Notes: a model not told the origin generated them from the sequence alone. A DNA stretch of 64,000 bases from Candidatus Sericytochromatia bacterium (GCA_035285865.1 JAYKHS010000014.1:64001-128000), one strand, 5' to 3'; shown: positions 27,388-38,522, counted from the stretch's first letter. Translations and numbers: made by a program.

Positions 27388-27789
27388 TTGGACACTCCCA
27401 TCACCGCGACCCTGCGTGTCCGCATGGGTGCGCACGATGCGCATTACGCCGGTGGCCTGGTGGCCGGGGCAAAGATGCTGGAGCTCTTCGGGGACGTGGC
27501 CACCGAACTGCTGATTCGCCGCGACGGCGACGAAGGCCTGTTCGCGGGCTACTCCGACGTGAAATTCCTCGCCCCGGTGCATGCCGGTGACTACATCGAG
27601 GCCGAGGGTCGGATCGTGCGTGAGGGCAACACGTCCCGCACGATGGAGTTCGTGGCCCGCAAGGTCATCGCCCCGACGCGGGGCGATGGCTTGGCCGAAT
27701 CCGCCGCCGATCTGCTGCGGGAGCCCGTCATCGTCTGCACGGCGACCGGCACGTGTGTCACACCCAAAGCCTGTCAGCGTCTCGGCTGA
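27388..27789 (+). CDS. kal: 3-aminobutyryl-CoA ammonia lyase (hotdog fold)
   Basis: [51 protein letters not shown] start after AGGAG. Confidence 0.92.
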   Translation: MDTPITATLRVRMGAHDAHYAGGLVAGAKMLELFGDVATELLIRRDGDEGLFAGYSDVKFLAPVHAGDYIEAEGRIVREGNTSRTMEFVARKVIAPTRGDGLAESAADLLREPVIVCTATGTCVTPKACQRLG

Positions 27790-27861
27790 GCCCCTCGCAA
27801 GAGGTTCGCGGCCGTGACGGGTCACGTCGCGCGGACAGGTGCAGGGCCCGGGGGGGACGCG

Positions 27862-29340
27862 TCAGGGGGCGCCTTGGCCGGTCGCAGCCAGCAACTGGGC
27901 CTCTGCCACCGCCAATTCGGCTTCGGCGTCCACGACGGACTGCCGAGCCTGAGCGGCGGCCATCTCCCGGAGATTGACCAGCAGCAGCGTGCCGAGACCC
28001 TGCGCGAAGCGCTGGCGTTCGCCCTCGGCCACCCGTTCCGCAACGGCCGCCGCTTCCCGGGCCTGGGCGCGGGCTTCGGTTGCCCTGCGCAGGGCCGAGA
28101 GCGCGTCTTGGACTTCGAGCCGAATCTGGTCCCGCGTCTGACGGAATTCCGCGTCCAGGACCCCGAGATCCGCGCGGGCCGCCTCGGCGCGCCCTCTGGC
28201 TTCGCGCTGGCCGAGGGGGACCTGGAAGGTCACGCCAAGTTCGAGGGCGGGCTCCCCGAGGATGCGGACGGGCTGGCCGTTGGCCTGCGGCAGGCCGGCA
28301 TCGACGGCCCCCATTGCCGAGACATCCACGCGCGGGGCCACCTGGTTCTCGGCCAGTCGAAGCTGCACCAACCCTGCTTCCTGCAGGGCCTGCCAGCGCA
28401 CGAGTTCCGGACGGCGCGCCATGGCTTGCTGTAGAGCCTCCTCCTGAGTCATCCGGGTCGTCGCGTGTCCGGAGAGCCGACTCCAGTCCGCGGGTGCCCG
28501 ATCGGGCGTGGGGACCTGCGGCACCCCAGCTTGATCCCGCCAATGGAAGCCGAGCGCGAGGGCGGAACGCTCCAGCGCGCGCAGCGCGGTCACGACGCCC
28601 TGGCGGCGCTCGAGCACGGCTCTGCGGTTCTCGAGGTGCTCCAGGGCCGGCAAGGCTCCTGCCCCGACCCTTGCCCCGATCTGGGCGTCGCGATCCTCGG
28701 CCAGGGCCAGCAGGTCGCGAGCCACTTGCAACCGTCCGGCGGCGGCTGTCCAGCGAATCCACGCCTCGGATGCCGCGAGCCTCACGCGGAGGCGCGGTAC
28801 GGCCGCCTCGGCGCGTGCCGCCGCAGCCACCCTTGCGGTCCGTTCGATGCCGGCCCGGCGGGCATCTACGGGGCCATCGCGCAGCAGGGGAAGCGAGACC
28901 CCGGCCCGGAACTCTCCGGCATCGAGCGTTTCCAGATGGCCGTAGTAACCGGGGATGGCACTGCCTTGAAAGGCCTGTCCGAGGCGCCAGCCCGCAGTCA
29001 GGGACGCGCCTTGCAGCGGCGTGGCCTGCGAGAGGATGAAGTCCGAACGTCCGTAGCGGTAGTAGCCGGCCGGGGCGGCCCAGCCGTTGGCCTGGACCTG
29101 AAGATCGAAGGCACCGTGTGCGGCCTGCTCCTGCCCTTCAGCGGCCCGTACCCGTGCGTCGGCGGCCACCAGCGCCGGATGCCGCCCCTCAAGGGACGCC
29201 AGGACTTCCGAGAGCATCAGCGGGGACGCTCCACCAAGGGCAGGACCTCGGTCGAATGCCTCCAGGGGGGCCAGCGGCGCAGGGCCCAGCACGGTGGCCA
29301 CGGCCGCGACGCCGACGAGGCGATGGGCCCGGTGCGCCAT
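27862..29340 (-). CDS. TolC-family outer membrane protein
   Basis: AAHGAFD, GVSLPLLRDG, ALQQAMARRPEL, ERQRFAQG..TLLLVNLRE. Confidence 0.88.
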   Translation of the reverse strand: MAHRAHRLVGVAAVATVLGPAPLAPLEAFDRGPALGGASPLMLSEVLASLEGRHPALVAADARVRAAEGQEQAAHGAFDLQVQANGWAAPAGYYRYGRSDFILSQATPLQGASLTAGWRLGQAFQGSAIPGYYGHLETLDAGEFRAGVSLPLLRDGPVDARRAGIERTARVAAAARAEAAVPRLRVRLAASEAWIRWTAAAGRLQVARDLLALAEDRDAQIGARVGAGALPALEHLENRRAVLERRQGVVTALRALERSALALGFHWRDQAGVPQVPTPDRAPADWSRLSGHATTRMTQEEALQQAMARRPELVRWQALQEAGLVQLRLAENQVAPRVDVSAMGAVDAGLPQANGQPVRILGEPALELGVTFQVPLGQREARGRAEAARADLGVLDAEFRQTRDQIRLEVQDALSALRRATEARAQAREAAAVAERVAEGERQRFAQGLGTLLLVNLREMAAAQARQSVVDAEAELAVAEAQLLAATGQGAP

Positions 29341-30689
29341 CAGGGCGCATCCTCCGCTTCGGAACCGGCCGGCTTGGACCCGGGAGTTTTTTCCTTCGCG
29401 TCCTCGGGAGCACGGGCGAGACTGGGCGGAAAGCCGTTGAACTGTCGCCACAGCTCGTACCCGAGGGGCACGACCTCGAGCAGCACCCAACCATGTACCA
29501 GCACGCCCTGGCGCAGGTAGGTGGCCGAGGGCCACGGTGCGTCTGCGGGATCCGGGGTGACGACGACCCGGAAGTCGCCCTTGCCGTCGTCGGCGGCATC
29601 GACGAAGGCGACCCTACCCCCGAAGGTGCCGACGGCTACCGAGGGCCAGCCGACGAACTGTACGGCCGGCCAGCCTTCGAATTGCAGCCGAACCTTGCGC
29701 CCAGGGGCAATCAAGGAAGCGTCGTTGCCATCGACCGTGATGGCCACGGCACGGTCCCGGGTTTCGGGGACCAGCGTCAGCAGGGGTTCGCCCGCCTTGA
29801 TGAGCTCGCCGCCCTGGCCCGTCATCACGCGGGTCACCATGCCGGCACGGGGCGCACGGACCTGCTGGGTCGCCTGCCTCGCCAACCCCGTCTCTGCGCG
29901 CAGCAGCGTGGTCCGGGCAGCCTGCAGGTCGGTACGTGCCGCCTGCACGGCAGCACGCGCACCCTGGGTCTCGGCCAGCAAAGTGGCATCGGCCTGTCCG
30001 ACTGCGGCTCGAGCTCCGGCGAGGGCTGCCTCTGCGGCTGCTCGTTGGGCCAGGGCAGCATCCCGGCCTGTCCGAGCACGAGCCTCTGCGGCAATGGCCA
30101 GTTCGAGGTCGCGCTGGGCCACAAGGCCCTTGAGGACGAGCTGGCGATGGCGCTTCAGGTTCAGGGTGCTGGCCTCCAGCTCCGCCTCGGCTGCACCCAC
30201 GGCCTGGATGGCCGCGTCCCTGCGGGCCGTAGCTTCCGTCAGGCGTGCTGCCGCCCCCCGGGCCGACTCGCGTTGCAGCGCGGCGACCGATCGTTGCCGA
30301 TCGTCGAGGGAAGCGACACGGTCGGCCAGCTCGGCGACGCGGTTTGCGGCCAGGTCCCTTTCGTTGGCCAGGCGCTCGAGCCTCCGCGGGTCCACATCCC
30401 GAATCTCGATCAGGGGGTCCCCCGCACGCACCCTATCGCCTTCGCGAACGCGGACCGCCGCGAGTACGCCGTCCACCGGGGCATCGACGCGCTGCTGTCG
30501 CGCGACCGGTGCGAAGGCGACCACCTTGCCGTCCCCGGCGACGTTCTGTTGCCACGGTGCCAAGGTGGCGGCCGTGAGCAGGATCAGGAAGACCTTCGCC
30601 AGTCGTCTGGCCACGCGGCGCGCCGAGGTCGTCCCGGGAACCTGTTCCCAGACGGGCAGGCGCCCGAGCGGGAAGTCGGACGGTTTCAC
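29340..30689 (-). CDS. HlyD-family secretion adaptor
   Basis: PWQQNVAGDG, VREGDRV, coiled coil, GRKVRLQFEGWPAVQF.GWP, VPLGYELWRQFNGFPP. Confidence 0.9.
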   Translation of the reverse strand: MKPSDFPLGRLPVWEQVPGTTSARRVARRLAKVFLILLTAATLAPWQQNVAGDGKVVAFAPVARQQRVDAPVDGVLAAVRVREGDRVRAGDPLIEIRDVDPRRLERLANERDLAANRVAELADRVASLDDRQRSVAALQRESARGAAARLTEATARRDAAIQAVGAAEAELEASTLNLKRHRQLVLKGLVAQRDLELAIAAEARARTGRDAALAQRAAAEAALAGARAAVGQADATLLAETQGARAAVQAARTDLQAARTTLLRAETGLARQATQQVRAPRAGMVTRVMTGQGGELIKAGEPLLTLVPETRDRAVAITVDGNDASLIAPGRKVRLQFEGWPAVQFVGWPSVAVGTFGGRVAFVDAADDGKGDFRVVVTPDPADAPWPSATYLRQGVLVHGWVLLEVVPLGYELWRQFNGFPPSLARAPEDAKEKTPGSKPAGSEAEDAP

Positions 30690-32398
30690 GCCTCTCCTCC
30701 TTCCAGTCGACCCTCGCGGAGCGACCGGGCTTTGCCAAGACGCTGCCGGACACGCGCGTCATCGGAGGCCACGACAAGCGTCCACGGCTGGTCGGCTCGG
30801 ACAAGGAAGGGACAGAGATGCTCGAGGACGGTCTCGGGGAGGCCATCGAGCGTGCCGTCAAGCAACAGCAACGTAGGACTTGCGACGGCGGCGCGCGCCA
30901 CGGCGAGGCGCACGCACGCCGGGGCATCGAGGGGCTTGCCCTCGGCCTGAAGTTCGGTGTCGAGTCCTTCGGGCAGCAGCTCTGCATCAAGCCCGACTTC
31001 AAGGAGCCAGGCGCTGGCCCGGCCTCGGGTCAAGGTTTCGTCGCCCATCGCCAGATTCTCGAGGATGGTCCCGGAAAACAGCGCCGGTCGTCCGATGAGC
31101 ATCACGCGCCGATGGATGTCCTGGGGCGCGATGTCGCGCACGTCGCGGCCCTCGAGTGCCACCACTCCCTGGTCGGGCTGGCGTAGGCCGGCAAGCAGTT
31201 CGAGCAGGCGGGTCCGGCCGGCCCGATCCGGGCCTTGCAGCACGAGCCGGCCGCCAGCGTCGACCGCCAGATCGAGATCCTGCAGGATCGGTCTGCCCGC
31301 ATCGGCGCACGAGATGCCGGTCAGGCGGAGACTTGTCCTGTCCGGCAGATCGACCCCGTCTCCGTCGAGATTCTCGACCTCCAGATCCACCACATAGCCG
31401 ACCTTGTCCACGGCTGCGAGGAGGTCATAGAACGATTCCAGATACTTGCCAAGCTGCACCAGCGCCCCGACCAATGCCGTGACGACCAGTTCCGCCGCCA
31501 CCAGCTGCCCGAGGGTGATGGCCCGTTCCATCACCAGCCAGCCGCCGGCTCCAAGGGCGACGGCACTGGCCACGGCGTAAAGCGTCAGGACTCCTGCGGT
31601 CTGGCCGAACAGCACGCGAAAGTGCTTCCTGCGGGCTTCCAGATATCCTGATGCCAGCAGGTCGACCTTCTGGCGCACCCAAGCCGGGCCTGAGGCCAGC
31701 TTGACAGCCTCCGGGTGCTGCGCGATCTCCTGCAGCAGGGCCACCATCGCGTACTTCGCGCTGCTCTCGACGCGTGCCGTCTCTCCCCCGATGCGGATGC
31801 GCCCGAAAACCAGGACTCCGACCAACACCACCAGCACCAGGTCGAAGACCAGGAAGGCCGGGTGGTAGAGCGCCAGCACGAGGGTGCCGACCAGCAGGGT
31901 CAGGACCACCTCGACGCCTCCGAGCAGGAGGCTCACGGACTTCTTCTGGATGATGAACACATCGAAGAACCGATTCAGCACTTCGGGCGGGTGGCGGCCG
32001 TCCCATGCCTCGGGCCGGACCCGGGGCAACCGATGGGCCAGATCGGATACGACACGGACGAACAAGCGGCGCTGCAGGGCTTCTGCCACCCAGATCTGCA
32101 GGCCCTTGAGTGCCGATGAGAAGCCCAGGGCCACGAGCAGCATGATCGCGAGGACCAACAAGGGTTGCAGGACCGAACCGAAGGCCACCGTGGTGACCAG
32201 CGCCTGCACCACGACCGGGGCCGCGAGGCCCAGCAGGCTGACGGAACCCCCGTAGATGAAGATGGCGGCGATGTCTTCGCGCTCGAGAACGACCCAATCC
32301 GCAAGGCGTTGCCAAGGACTGGGTGTGCCCGGTGCTGGAGTTGCCAACGGTCTGGTGTGTCGGTCCTGCGGACGCTGGTGGTCGGACCAGGGGGACAT
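30686..32398 (-). CDS. T1SS-type ABC transporter (TMD plus degenerate NBD)
   Basis: NRFFDV..IQK, ITLGQLVAAEL; Walker A GPDRAGRT and Walker B LLLLDGT degenerate. Confidence 0.85.
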   Translation of the reverse strand: MSPWSDHQRPQDRHTRPLATPAPGTPSPWQRLADWVVLEREDIAAIFIYGGSVSLLGLAAPVVVQALVTTVAFGSVLQPLLVLAIMLLVALGFSSALKGLQIWVAEALQRRLFVRVVSDLAHRLPRVRPEAWDGRHPPEVLNRFFDVFIIQKKSVSLLLGGVEVVLTLLVGTLVLALYHPAFLVFDLVLVVLVGVLVFGRIRIGGETARVESSAKYAMVALLQEIAQHPEAVKLASGPAWVRQKVDLLASGYLEARRKHFRVLFGQTAGVLTLYAVASAVALGAGGWLVMERAITLGQLVAAELVVTALVGALVQLGKYLESFYDLLAAVDKVGYVVDLEVENLDGDGVDLPDRTSLRLTGISCADAGRPILQDLDLAVDAGGRLVLQGPDRAGRTRLLELLAGLRQPDQGVVALEGRDVRDIAPQDIHRRVMLIGRPALFSGTILENLAMGDETLTRGRASAWLLEVGLDAELLPEGLDTELQAEGKPLDAPACVRLAVARAAVASPTLLLLDGTLDGLPETVLEHLCPFLVRADQPWTLVVASDDARVRQRLGKARSLREGRLEGGEA

Positions 32399-32513
32399 GC
32401 CTGAGTCCGGGGGCTCAAAGGGTCTGGCGAATAGCTTAACATGGATGCCTGGGTGGACTTTGTGATTCCCGGCCCACTTGCGGTACGATCCCTGCAGTCC
32501 CGAGGAGGTTCCC

Positions 32514-33368
32514 GTGAACAAGCTCATCATCACGTGCGCGCCCGTCGGTGCCGAGACGATGAAGTCCGATCATCCCGGCCATCCGTATGGCCCCGAGGAG
32601 ATTGCCATCGCCTCCATCGAGGCGGTCAAGGCCGGAGCCTCCATCATCCATCTGCACGTGCGGGAGGATGACGGCACGCCGAGTCAGTCGCCGACCAAGT
32701 TCGCCGAGGCCATCCGCCACATCAAGGAGGAGGTCGACTGCATCATCCAGATCTCCACGGGTGGAGCCGTCACCGCGAGCGAGGACGAGCGCCTCCTGCC
32801 CGTGACCGAGCTGATTCCCCCGCCCGAGATGGCGACCTTGACGATGGGCACCGTGAACTTCGGCGAGGACGTGTTCATGAATCCGCCGTCCCTGATCCGG
32901 CGGTTCATCGGGGAGTTCTCGCGGCGCGGCATTCGCCCTGAACTCGAGGTTTTCGACGTGGGTCAGCTCGAGGCCGCCCTGCGCCTGATTCGCAAGGGTG
33001 AACTGGTCGGGCCCCAACACTTCGACTTCGTGCTGGGCGTGCCCGGGGCGATGGCAGGGACTCCTGCCAATTTGATGCATTTGGTCTCGCTCCTCCCTGA
33101 AGGCCACACTTGGTCCGTGGCCGGCATCGGTGCCGCGGAACTGACACTGGGCACCCTCGCCGTGGCCTTGGGCGGGCACGTTCGTGTCGGCTTCGAGGAC
33201 AACATCTACTACCGCAAGGGCGAGCTGGCCGAGAGCAACGCCCAACTCGTCGCACGGATCGTGCGCATCGGTCGCGAGCTCGACCGCGCGCCGGCGACGG
33301 CCGCCGAGGCCCGCAAGGTTCTCGGACTGCCGTTGCGCAAGGCGCCGCGCCTGACCCCCAACAAGTAG
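32514..33368 (+). CDS. kce: 3-keto-5-aminohexanoate cleavage enzyme
   Basis: KLIITCAPVGAE, IIHLHVR, QISTGG, GHVRVGFEDN; GAGGAGG SD. Confidence 0.93.
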   Translation: MNKLIITCAPVGAETMKSDHPGHPYGPEEIAIASIEAVKAGASIIHLHVREDDGTPSQSPTKFAEAIRHIKEEVDCIIQISTGGAVTASEDERLLPVTELIPPPEMATLTMGTVNFGEDVFMNPPSLIRRFIGEFSRRGIRPELEVFDVGQLEAALRLIRKGELVGPQHFDFVLGVPGAMAGTPANLMHLVSLLPEGHTWSVAGIGAAELTLGTLAVALGGHVRVGFEDNIYYRKGELAESNAQLVARIVRIGRELDRAPATAAEARKVLGLPLRKAPRLTPNK

Positions 33369-33374
33369 CCCGAC

Positions 33375-34415
33375 GTGTCGACGACCTCAACGACGGAACT
33401 TAGCCCATCGCCCATCGGCCTTCATCGGGTGCTGGCGCCAGCCGGTGTTCTGCCCTACGACGCCGAGCGTCTGGACGTGGCCTCTCCCCTCGCAGTGGGT
33501 GAGGCCGAGGTCCGCGTCGACACCCTGAACATCGACTCGGCCAGCTTCACGCAACTGCTCGCCGAAGGCGGCGGAGATCCGGCGCATGTGGCTCGGCGGG
33601 TGATGCAGATCGTCGACGAGCGCGGCAAGATGCACAACCCCGTCACCGGTTCGGGCGGGGTCCTGTGCGGAACGGTCACTGCCGTTGCGGAAGGGGCGAC
33701 GGCGCACGTCGGTTCCCGCATCGTGACGTTGTCCAGCCTCACGACCACTCCGCTCGAGTTGGACCGGGTGCTGGAGATTCGTCCCGAGCGGCATCAGATC
33801 CGTGTCGAGGGCCGGGCCTTCCTCTATGCCCGTACACCTTTCGCGGTGCTGGATGACCGGCTACCCGAGGATCTGGCGCTGGGGGTACTGGATGTCTGCG
33901 GTGCCCCGGCCCAGGCCGCAAGGCTGGCCAAGCCGGGAAGCACCGTGGCCGTGCTGGGGGCTGCGGGCAAGTCGGGTACCTTGGTCTGCTGGGTCGCTGC
34001 CGCGCAGGGCGCGCGGGTCCTCGCGCTCGTGCGCAGCCCGGAGGAGGCGGCTCATCTCGCGGCCCTTGGCGTGCCGATGGATTGTGCGGTCGTGGATGGC
34101 CGCAACGCGGTGGCCGTTCAGGATGCCGTCGGTCGGATGACCGCCGGTGCGATGGCGGACGTGACCATCAACTGTGTCAATGTGCCGGGTGTCGAGATGT
34201 CGTGCATTCTGGCGACCCGTCCGCGCGGCATCGTCTATTTCTTCAGCATGGCCACCAGTTTCCAGGCAGCCGCACTGGGCGGAGAGGCTCTGGGCGCCGA
34301 TGTGGACCTGATGATCGGCAATGGTTTCGCCGAGGGCCACGCGGCTCTGGCCCTCGACCTGGTTGCATCCCAGCCGCCCCTGCGGGCGGCCCTCGAACGT
34401 CTCGGACGCGCATGA
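33375..34415 (+). CDS. kdd: L-erythro-3,5-diaminohexanoate dehydrogenase
   Basis: [50 protein letters not shown]. Confidence 0.93.
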   Translation: MSTTSTTELSPSPIGLHRVLAPAGVLPYDAERLDVASPLAVGEAEVRVDTLNIDSASFTQLLAEGGGDPAHVARRVMQIVDERGKMHNPVTGSGGVLCGTVTAVAEGATAHVGSRIVTLSSLTTTPLELDRVLEIRPERHQIRVEGRAFLYARTPFAVLDDRLPEDLALGVLDVCGAPAQAARLAKPGSTVAVLGAAGKSGTLVCWVAAAQGARVLALVRSPEEAAHLAALGVPMDCAVVDGRNAVAVQDAVGRMTAGAMADVTINCVNVPGVEMSCILATRPRGIVYFFSMATSFQAAALGGEALGADVDLMIGNGFAEGHAALALDLVASQPPLRAALERLGRA

Positions 34416-35992
34416 CCCCATCTTCGGAATCCGCCGCCCCCGAGGCCGCAGCGACGACGGCCGGCCGTCTCGCCGAACTTGAAGCGAGGCAATCGGGAGC
34501 GCTCGAGGGCGGGGGGGCGGAGGCCGTTCGCCGCCAGCACGATCGCGGCAAGCTGACGGCTCGGGAGCGCATCGAGCGGTTGCTGGATCCTGGCAGTTTC
34601 GTGGAGCTGGACCGCCATCGGGTCCATCGGGCGCATGCCTTCGGGATGGCCGAGCGCAAGGTGCCCGGCGACGGTGTCATCACAGGGCACGGCACAGTGG
34701 ACGGACGGCTCGTCTATGTGTTCAGTCAGGACTTCACGGTGTTCGGGGGCTCGCTTGGCGAGGTTCATGCCGAGAAGATATGCAAGGTCATGGATCTTGC
34801 GCTCAAGGTCGGGGCACCCATCATCGGTCTCAACGACAGCGGGGGAGCCCGAATCCAGGAAGGTGTGGAGAGTCTTGGGGGCTATGCCGAGATATTCTGG
34901 CGCAACGTACAGGCGAGCGGCGTCATTCCCCAGATTTCGCTCATCCTCGGTCCGTGTGCCGGCGGGGCCGTCTATTCGCCGGTCATGACGGACTTTGTCC
35001 TGATGGCGCAGGACACCAGCTACATGTTCATCACCGGCCCGGACGTCGTGAAGACCGTGACCGGCGAGGATGTCACCTTCGAAGAACTCGGTGGTGCCTC
35101 GGTTCACAACACCATCTCGGGTGTTGCCCACGTTCGCTTCCCGAGCGAGGAAGAGGCGCTCGAGCAGACGCGCGTCCTGCTGTCGTTCCTGCCGGACAAC
35201 AATCTTTCGGAAGTGCCCATGGTGCCTTCCGATGATCCTGACGATCGGCCTTGCCCAGAGCTTCGGACCATCGTCCCGGACCGGCCGACCCAACCCTACG
35301 ACATGAAGGAGGTCATCGCCTCAGTCGTCGATGATGGCGACTACTTCGAGATTCAGCCCGAGTTTGCCCGCAACCTGATCACGTGCTTCGCACGATTGGG
35401 AGGCCAGACCGTGGGCATCGTGGCCAATCAGCCCCGGGAGATGGCCGGAACGCTCGACATTTCGGCCAGCATCAAGGGTGCCCGGTTCGTCCGAACTTGT
35501 GACGCCTTCAATATTCCGATCCTCACCTTCGAGGATGTTCCGGGATACTTTCCCGGCAAGCAGCAGGAGCACGGCGGAATCATCCGGCATGGAGCCAAGC
35601 TGCTCTATGCCTATTGCGAGGCGACGGTGCCCAAGTTGACGGTCATTACCCGCAAGGCCTACGGCGGTGCCTATGACGTGCTGGGCTCGAAGCACATCCG
35701 TGCCGACTTGAATCTGGCCTGGCCAACCGCCGAGATTGCCGTGATGGGGGCCGAAGGGGCCGCCGGGATCCTGTACCGGCGCGAGATTCAGGAGGACCCG
35801 GCGTCGCGTGATGCCCGCATCGCAGACTATCGCCAGCGGTTCGCCAATCCGTGGATAGCTGCCGAGCGCGGGTTTCTGGACGACGTCATCGATCCGGCCG
35901 AGACCCGCGTCCGCCTCATCGAGGCCTTGCGCGTCCTGCGGCGCAAGCGTGTCGAACGGCCCCGCCGCAAGCACGGAAACATCCCGCTATGA
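34412..35992 (+). CDS. pccB: acyl-CoA (propionyl/methylmalonyl-CoA) carboxyltransferase beta subunit
   Basis: [58 protein letters not shown]. Confidence 0.9.
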   Translation: MTPSSESAAPEAAATTAGRLAELEARQSGALEGGGAEAVRRQHDRGKLTARERIERLLDPGSFVELDRHRVHRAHAFGMAERKVPGDGVITGHGTVDGRLVYVFSQDFTVFGGSLGEVHAEKICKVMDLALKVGAPIIGLNDSGGARIQEGVESLGGYAEIFWRNVQASGVIPQISLILGPCAGGAVYSPVMTDFVLMAQDTSYMFITGPDVVKTVTGEDVTFEELGGASVHNTISGVAHVRFPSEEEALEQTRVLLSFLPDNNLSEVPMVPSDDPDDRPCPELRTIVPDRPTQPYDMKEVIASVVDDGDYFEIQPEFARNLITCFARLGGQTVGIVANQPREMAGTLDISASIKGARFVRTCDAFNIPILTFEDVPGYFPGKQQEHGGIIRHGAKLLYAYCEATVPKLTVITRKAYGGAYDVLGSKHIRADLNLAWPTAEIAVMGAEGAAGILYRREIQEDPASRDARIADYRQRFANPWIAAERGFLDDVIDPAETRVRLIEALRVLRRKRVERPRRKHGNIPL

Positions 35993-36252
35993 CGGTGACG
36001 GAGTCGCTCGGTTCGTCGGTTGCCGTCGGTGGAAACCGTTTGTGCGCCATCGACGTGCCCCTCGGAACTCCGCCCGAGCGCGTGGCGGCTGCGATGGTCG
36101 CCGTGGCGGAACTGTTGACTGAAGAGGCCAAGACCGATGCCGCGGCAGGGGCTTCCGGAACCTGGCGTGACAAAGGCCCGTGGGTCCGGGCTGCCCTGCT
36201 TGAGGCCGTTTCCGGCGGTGATCTGAGGTGGCGTCCGGGCCCTTGGGTCTGA
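35989..36252 (+). CDS. acyl-CoA carboxylase epsilon subunit-like small protein
   Basis: ATGA-coupled to pcc[17 protein letters not shown]...[10 protein letters not shown] pattern. Confidence 0.55.
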   Translation: MTVTESLGSSVAVGGNRLCAIDVPLGTPPERVAAAMVAVAELLTEEAKTDAAAGASGTWRDKGPWVRAALLEAVSGGDLRWRPGPWV

Positions 36253-36286
36253 TAGAGAGGCTCGAACCCTCTCGGCGTGATCCGGG

Positions 36287-37336
36287 TCAGAGACCCTCGC
36301 CGTTGCCCCCGCCGCCCTGGCGCATCCGCTTCATCTGTTCCATGCGCTGACGTTGGTCATCCGAGACCTCGCGCGCGTTGGCCGTCCTGTTGCCCCCGTC
36401 GCGAACCTTGAGGGTTTCCATGCGCTGAGGCTCCGCGGCCTTTAGGCCCAGCGCCTGATGGTAAGCCACCCGACGATCCTGGTCGAGGAGGGTCTCGCGT
36501 GCCTCGGTGATCAGATCCAGTTGGCGCCGTAGCTTCTTGGTTCCTTTGCCGGAGGCACGCTCATGCTGCATGTTCTGCTCCTGAGCGTCCAGCAGGGTGG
36601 AGAGTGTCGAGATGGGCGCATCCTGCGGCAGGCTGAGCAGTTCGTAGTAGTTGGGCAGTTCGAGCTTGCCAGACTCGCCGTCCATCTTGCCGGTCTTGCT
36701 CTTTTTGGTCGCTGTTTCAGGCTTGGTGGCCGTGCGGGCATAGTCATCGGCGTGAAGCATGCGGTCGACCAGGTACCCGAGTGCCGCAAAGAGATAGTCC
36801 AGAAGGTTGGCCACGAGCAGGGAAGCGACGAATGCAGCGACGACCCCGATGCCCATGTGGACCAGACCCGCCTTGTTGCCGGCGTTGAAGAGCAGGGTCC
36901 CGAGCCCGACGGCAGCGGCGCTGAGTTCGTCAAGATCCTTGGGCAGGCCCGGCAGCTTGTAGGCCGGATCGAGATAGTAGGTCGGGAAGCGCAGCGACCC
37001 AAGCACACCAGCGAGTAGCAAAATGACCATGGTGATGAACTTGGCGTTGTTGAGCTTTTCGATGCGTCGCTCGGCCAACGTGTAGTCGGGATCCGACTTG
37101 ATCTTCCGCGCCGAACTGGGCCGGTTTCGGATCATTCTGTCGAAACGCCACATCACGGGGCGTCCGAAAAAGGACCGCCAGGCTACCTGCAGCGGGGCGA
37201 TGGCCAGAATGAACAGCACCACGGCGGCGATGCCGTAGATGGCCAGCACGGGCGGTTGGATGTCTTGCGGCAAGGAAAGCGACCTGTCGGGAATCGATGA
37301 GCGGATGGCGCGAGGGCACCGCTGACATCTTCTCAT
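36287..37336 (-). CDS. multi-TM protein with a C-terminal J-domain-like region lacking HPD
   Basis: 3-4 hydrophobic segments; NYYELLSLPQDA...LITEARETLLDQDRRVAYH; start uncertain. Confidence 0.7.
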   Translation of the reverse strand: MRRCQRCPRAIRSSIPDRSLSLPQDIQPPVLAIYGIAAVVLFILAIAPLQVAWRSFFGRPVMWRFDRMIRNRPSSARKIKSDPDYTLAERRIEKLNNAKFITMVILLLAGVLGSLRFPTYYLDPAYKLPGLPKDLDELSAAAVGLGTLLFNAGNKAGLVHMGIGVVAAFVASLLVANLLDYLFAALGYLVDRMLHADDYARTATKPETATKKSKTGKMDGESGKLELPNYYELLSLPQDAPISTLSTLLDAQEQNMQHERASGKGTKKLRRQLDLITEARETLLDQDRRVAYHQALGLKAAEPQRMETLKVRDGGNRTANAREVSDDQRQRMEQMKRMRQGGGGNGEGL

Positions 37337-37507
37337 GAACGGGTTCGTTGATGTGTCGTCGGGATCACACGTTGCAGTCGGGACAGGTGCTGTGCCCGAT
37401 GCACGAGGACTTGCGTCCATTCATTCGTAACGCCGACAGCCCAATGTCTGCTGAAAGTGTGGTTAAAATGGGGGTCCTGATTTCTGCTGTGGAAGGAGCA
37501 TCCGCGG

Positions 37508-38503
37508 ATGATCGAGGTTCAGAACCTGACCAAACGCTATGGTGACCGGACAGCCGTGTCCGGCATCAGCTTCACGGTGGCCAAGGGCGAGATCCTTGGT
37601 TTCCTGGGGCCCAATGGTGCGGGCAAGTCCACCACCATGAAGATGATTACCGGATTTCTGTCACCCTCTGAGGGCAAGGTCACGGTCGGTGGTTACGACA
37701 TGGCGGAACAGCCGCTCGAGGCCAAGGCCCTCATCGGCTACTTGCCTGAGGTCGTGCCGCTCTACCCCGATATGTCGGTCACGGATTACCTCTCGTTCGT
37801 CGCTTCCCTGAAGGGGTTGCCCGGCAACGAGATCGCCGATCGGGTCGACTACGTCGTTAAGCGGTGCTGGCTGGAGGAGTACCGCAACCGGCTTATCAGC
37901 CATCTCTCGAAGGGCTACAGGCAGCGTGTCGGTCTGGCTCAGGCGCTCATCCACAAGCCGCCCGTGCTGATTCTGGACGAGCCCACCAGCGGCCTCGATC
38001 CCCGTCAGATCAACGAGACGCGCGAACTCATCCGCCAACTTTCGGGTGATCACACCGTGATCCTGTCCACGCACATCCTGCCCGAGGTCCAGAACCTCTG
38101 CCATCGCGTCCTCATCATCAACAAGGGGCGTGAGGTTGCCGAGGATCGGCCCGAGAACCTGGAGAACAAGCTCAAGGGCAGCCAGACCGTCGTCATGGAG
38201 GTTGCCGGGCCCGAATCGGCCGTCCGGGAGGCGTTGCAGGCCGTGCCGGGCATCCGCCATCTGTCGGTCGTGCCCCGCACCAACCACGATGCCGGCATCC
38301 TGGACATCAAGGCAGAGACGGACCCGACGGACGCCGTGCGGGCTGGTCTGGCCAGCGCCGTAGTGGGTCGTGGCTGGGGCCTCCTCGAACTGCGCGCGGC
38401 CAGGCTCTCGCTCGAGGACATCTTCATCCGCCTGACCACGGCTGAATCGCCTGTGGCCGATGCGGCCTCGGGATCGGCTCTCTCGGCAACGTCCGGCACC
38501 TGA
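37508..38503 (+). CDS. ABC transporter ATP-binding protein (GldA-like)
   Basis: GPNGAGKSTTMK, LSKGYRQRVGLAQAL, ILDEPT, LSTHILPEV. Confidence 0.92.
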   Translation: MIEVQNLTKRYGDRTAVSGISFTVAKGEILGFLGPNGAGKSTTMKMITGFLSPSEGKVTVGGYDMAEQPLEAKALIGYLPEVVPLYPDMSVTDYLSFVASLKGLPGNEIADRVDYVVKRCWLEEYRNRLISHLSKGYRQRVGLAQALIHKPPVLILDEPTSGLDPRQINETRELIRQLSGDHTVILSTHILPEVQNLCHRVLIINKGREVAEDRPENLENKLKGSQTVVMEVAGPESAVREALQAVPGIRHLSVVPRTNHDAGILDIKAETDPTDAVRAGLASAVVGRGWGLLELRAARLSLEDIFIRLTTAESPVADAASGSALSATSGT

Positions 38504-38522
38504 AGCACGGAGAAACTGCACC

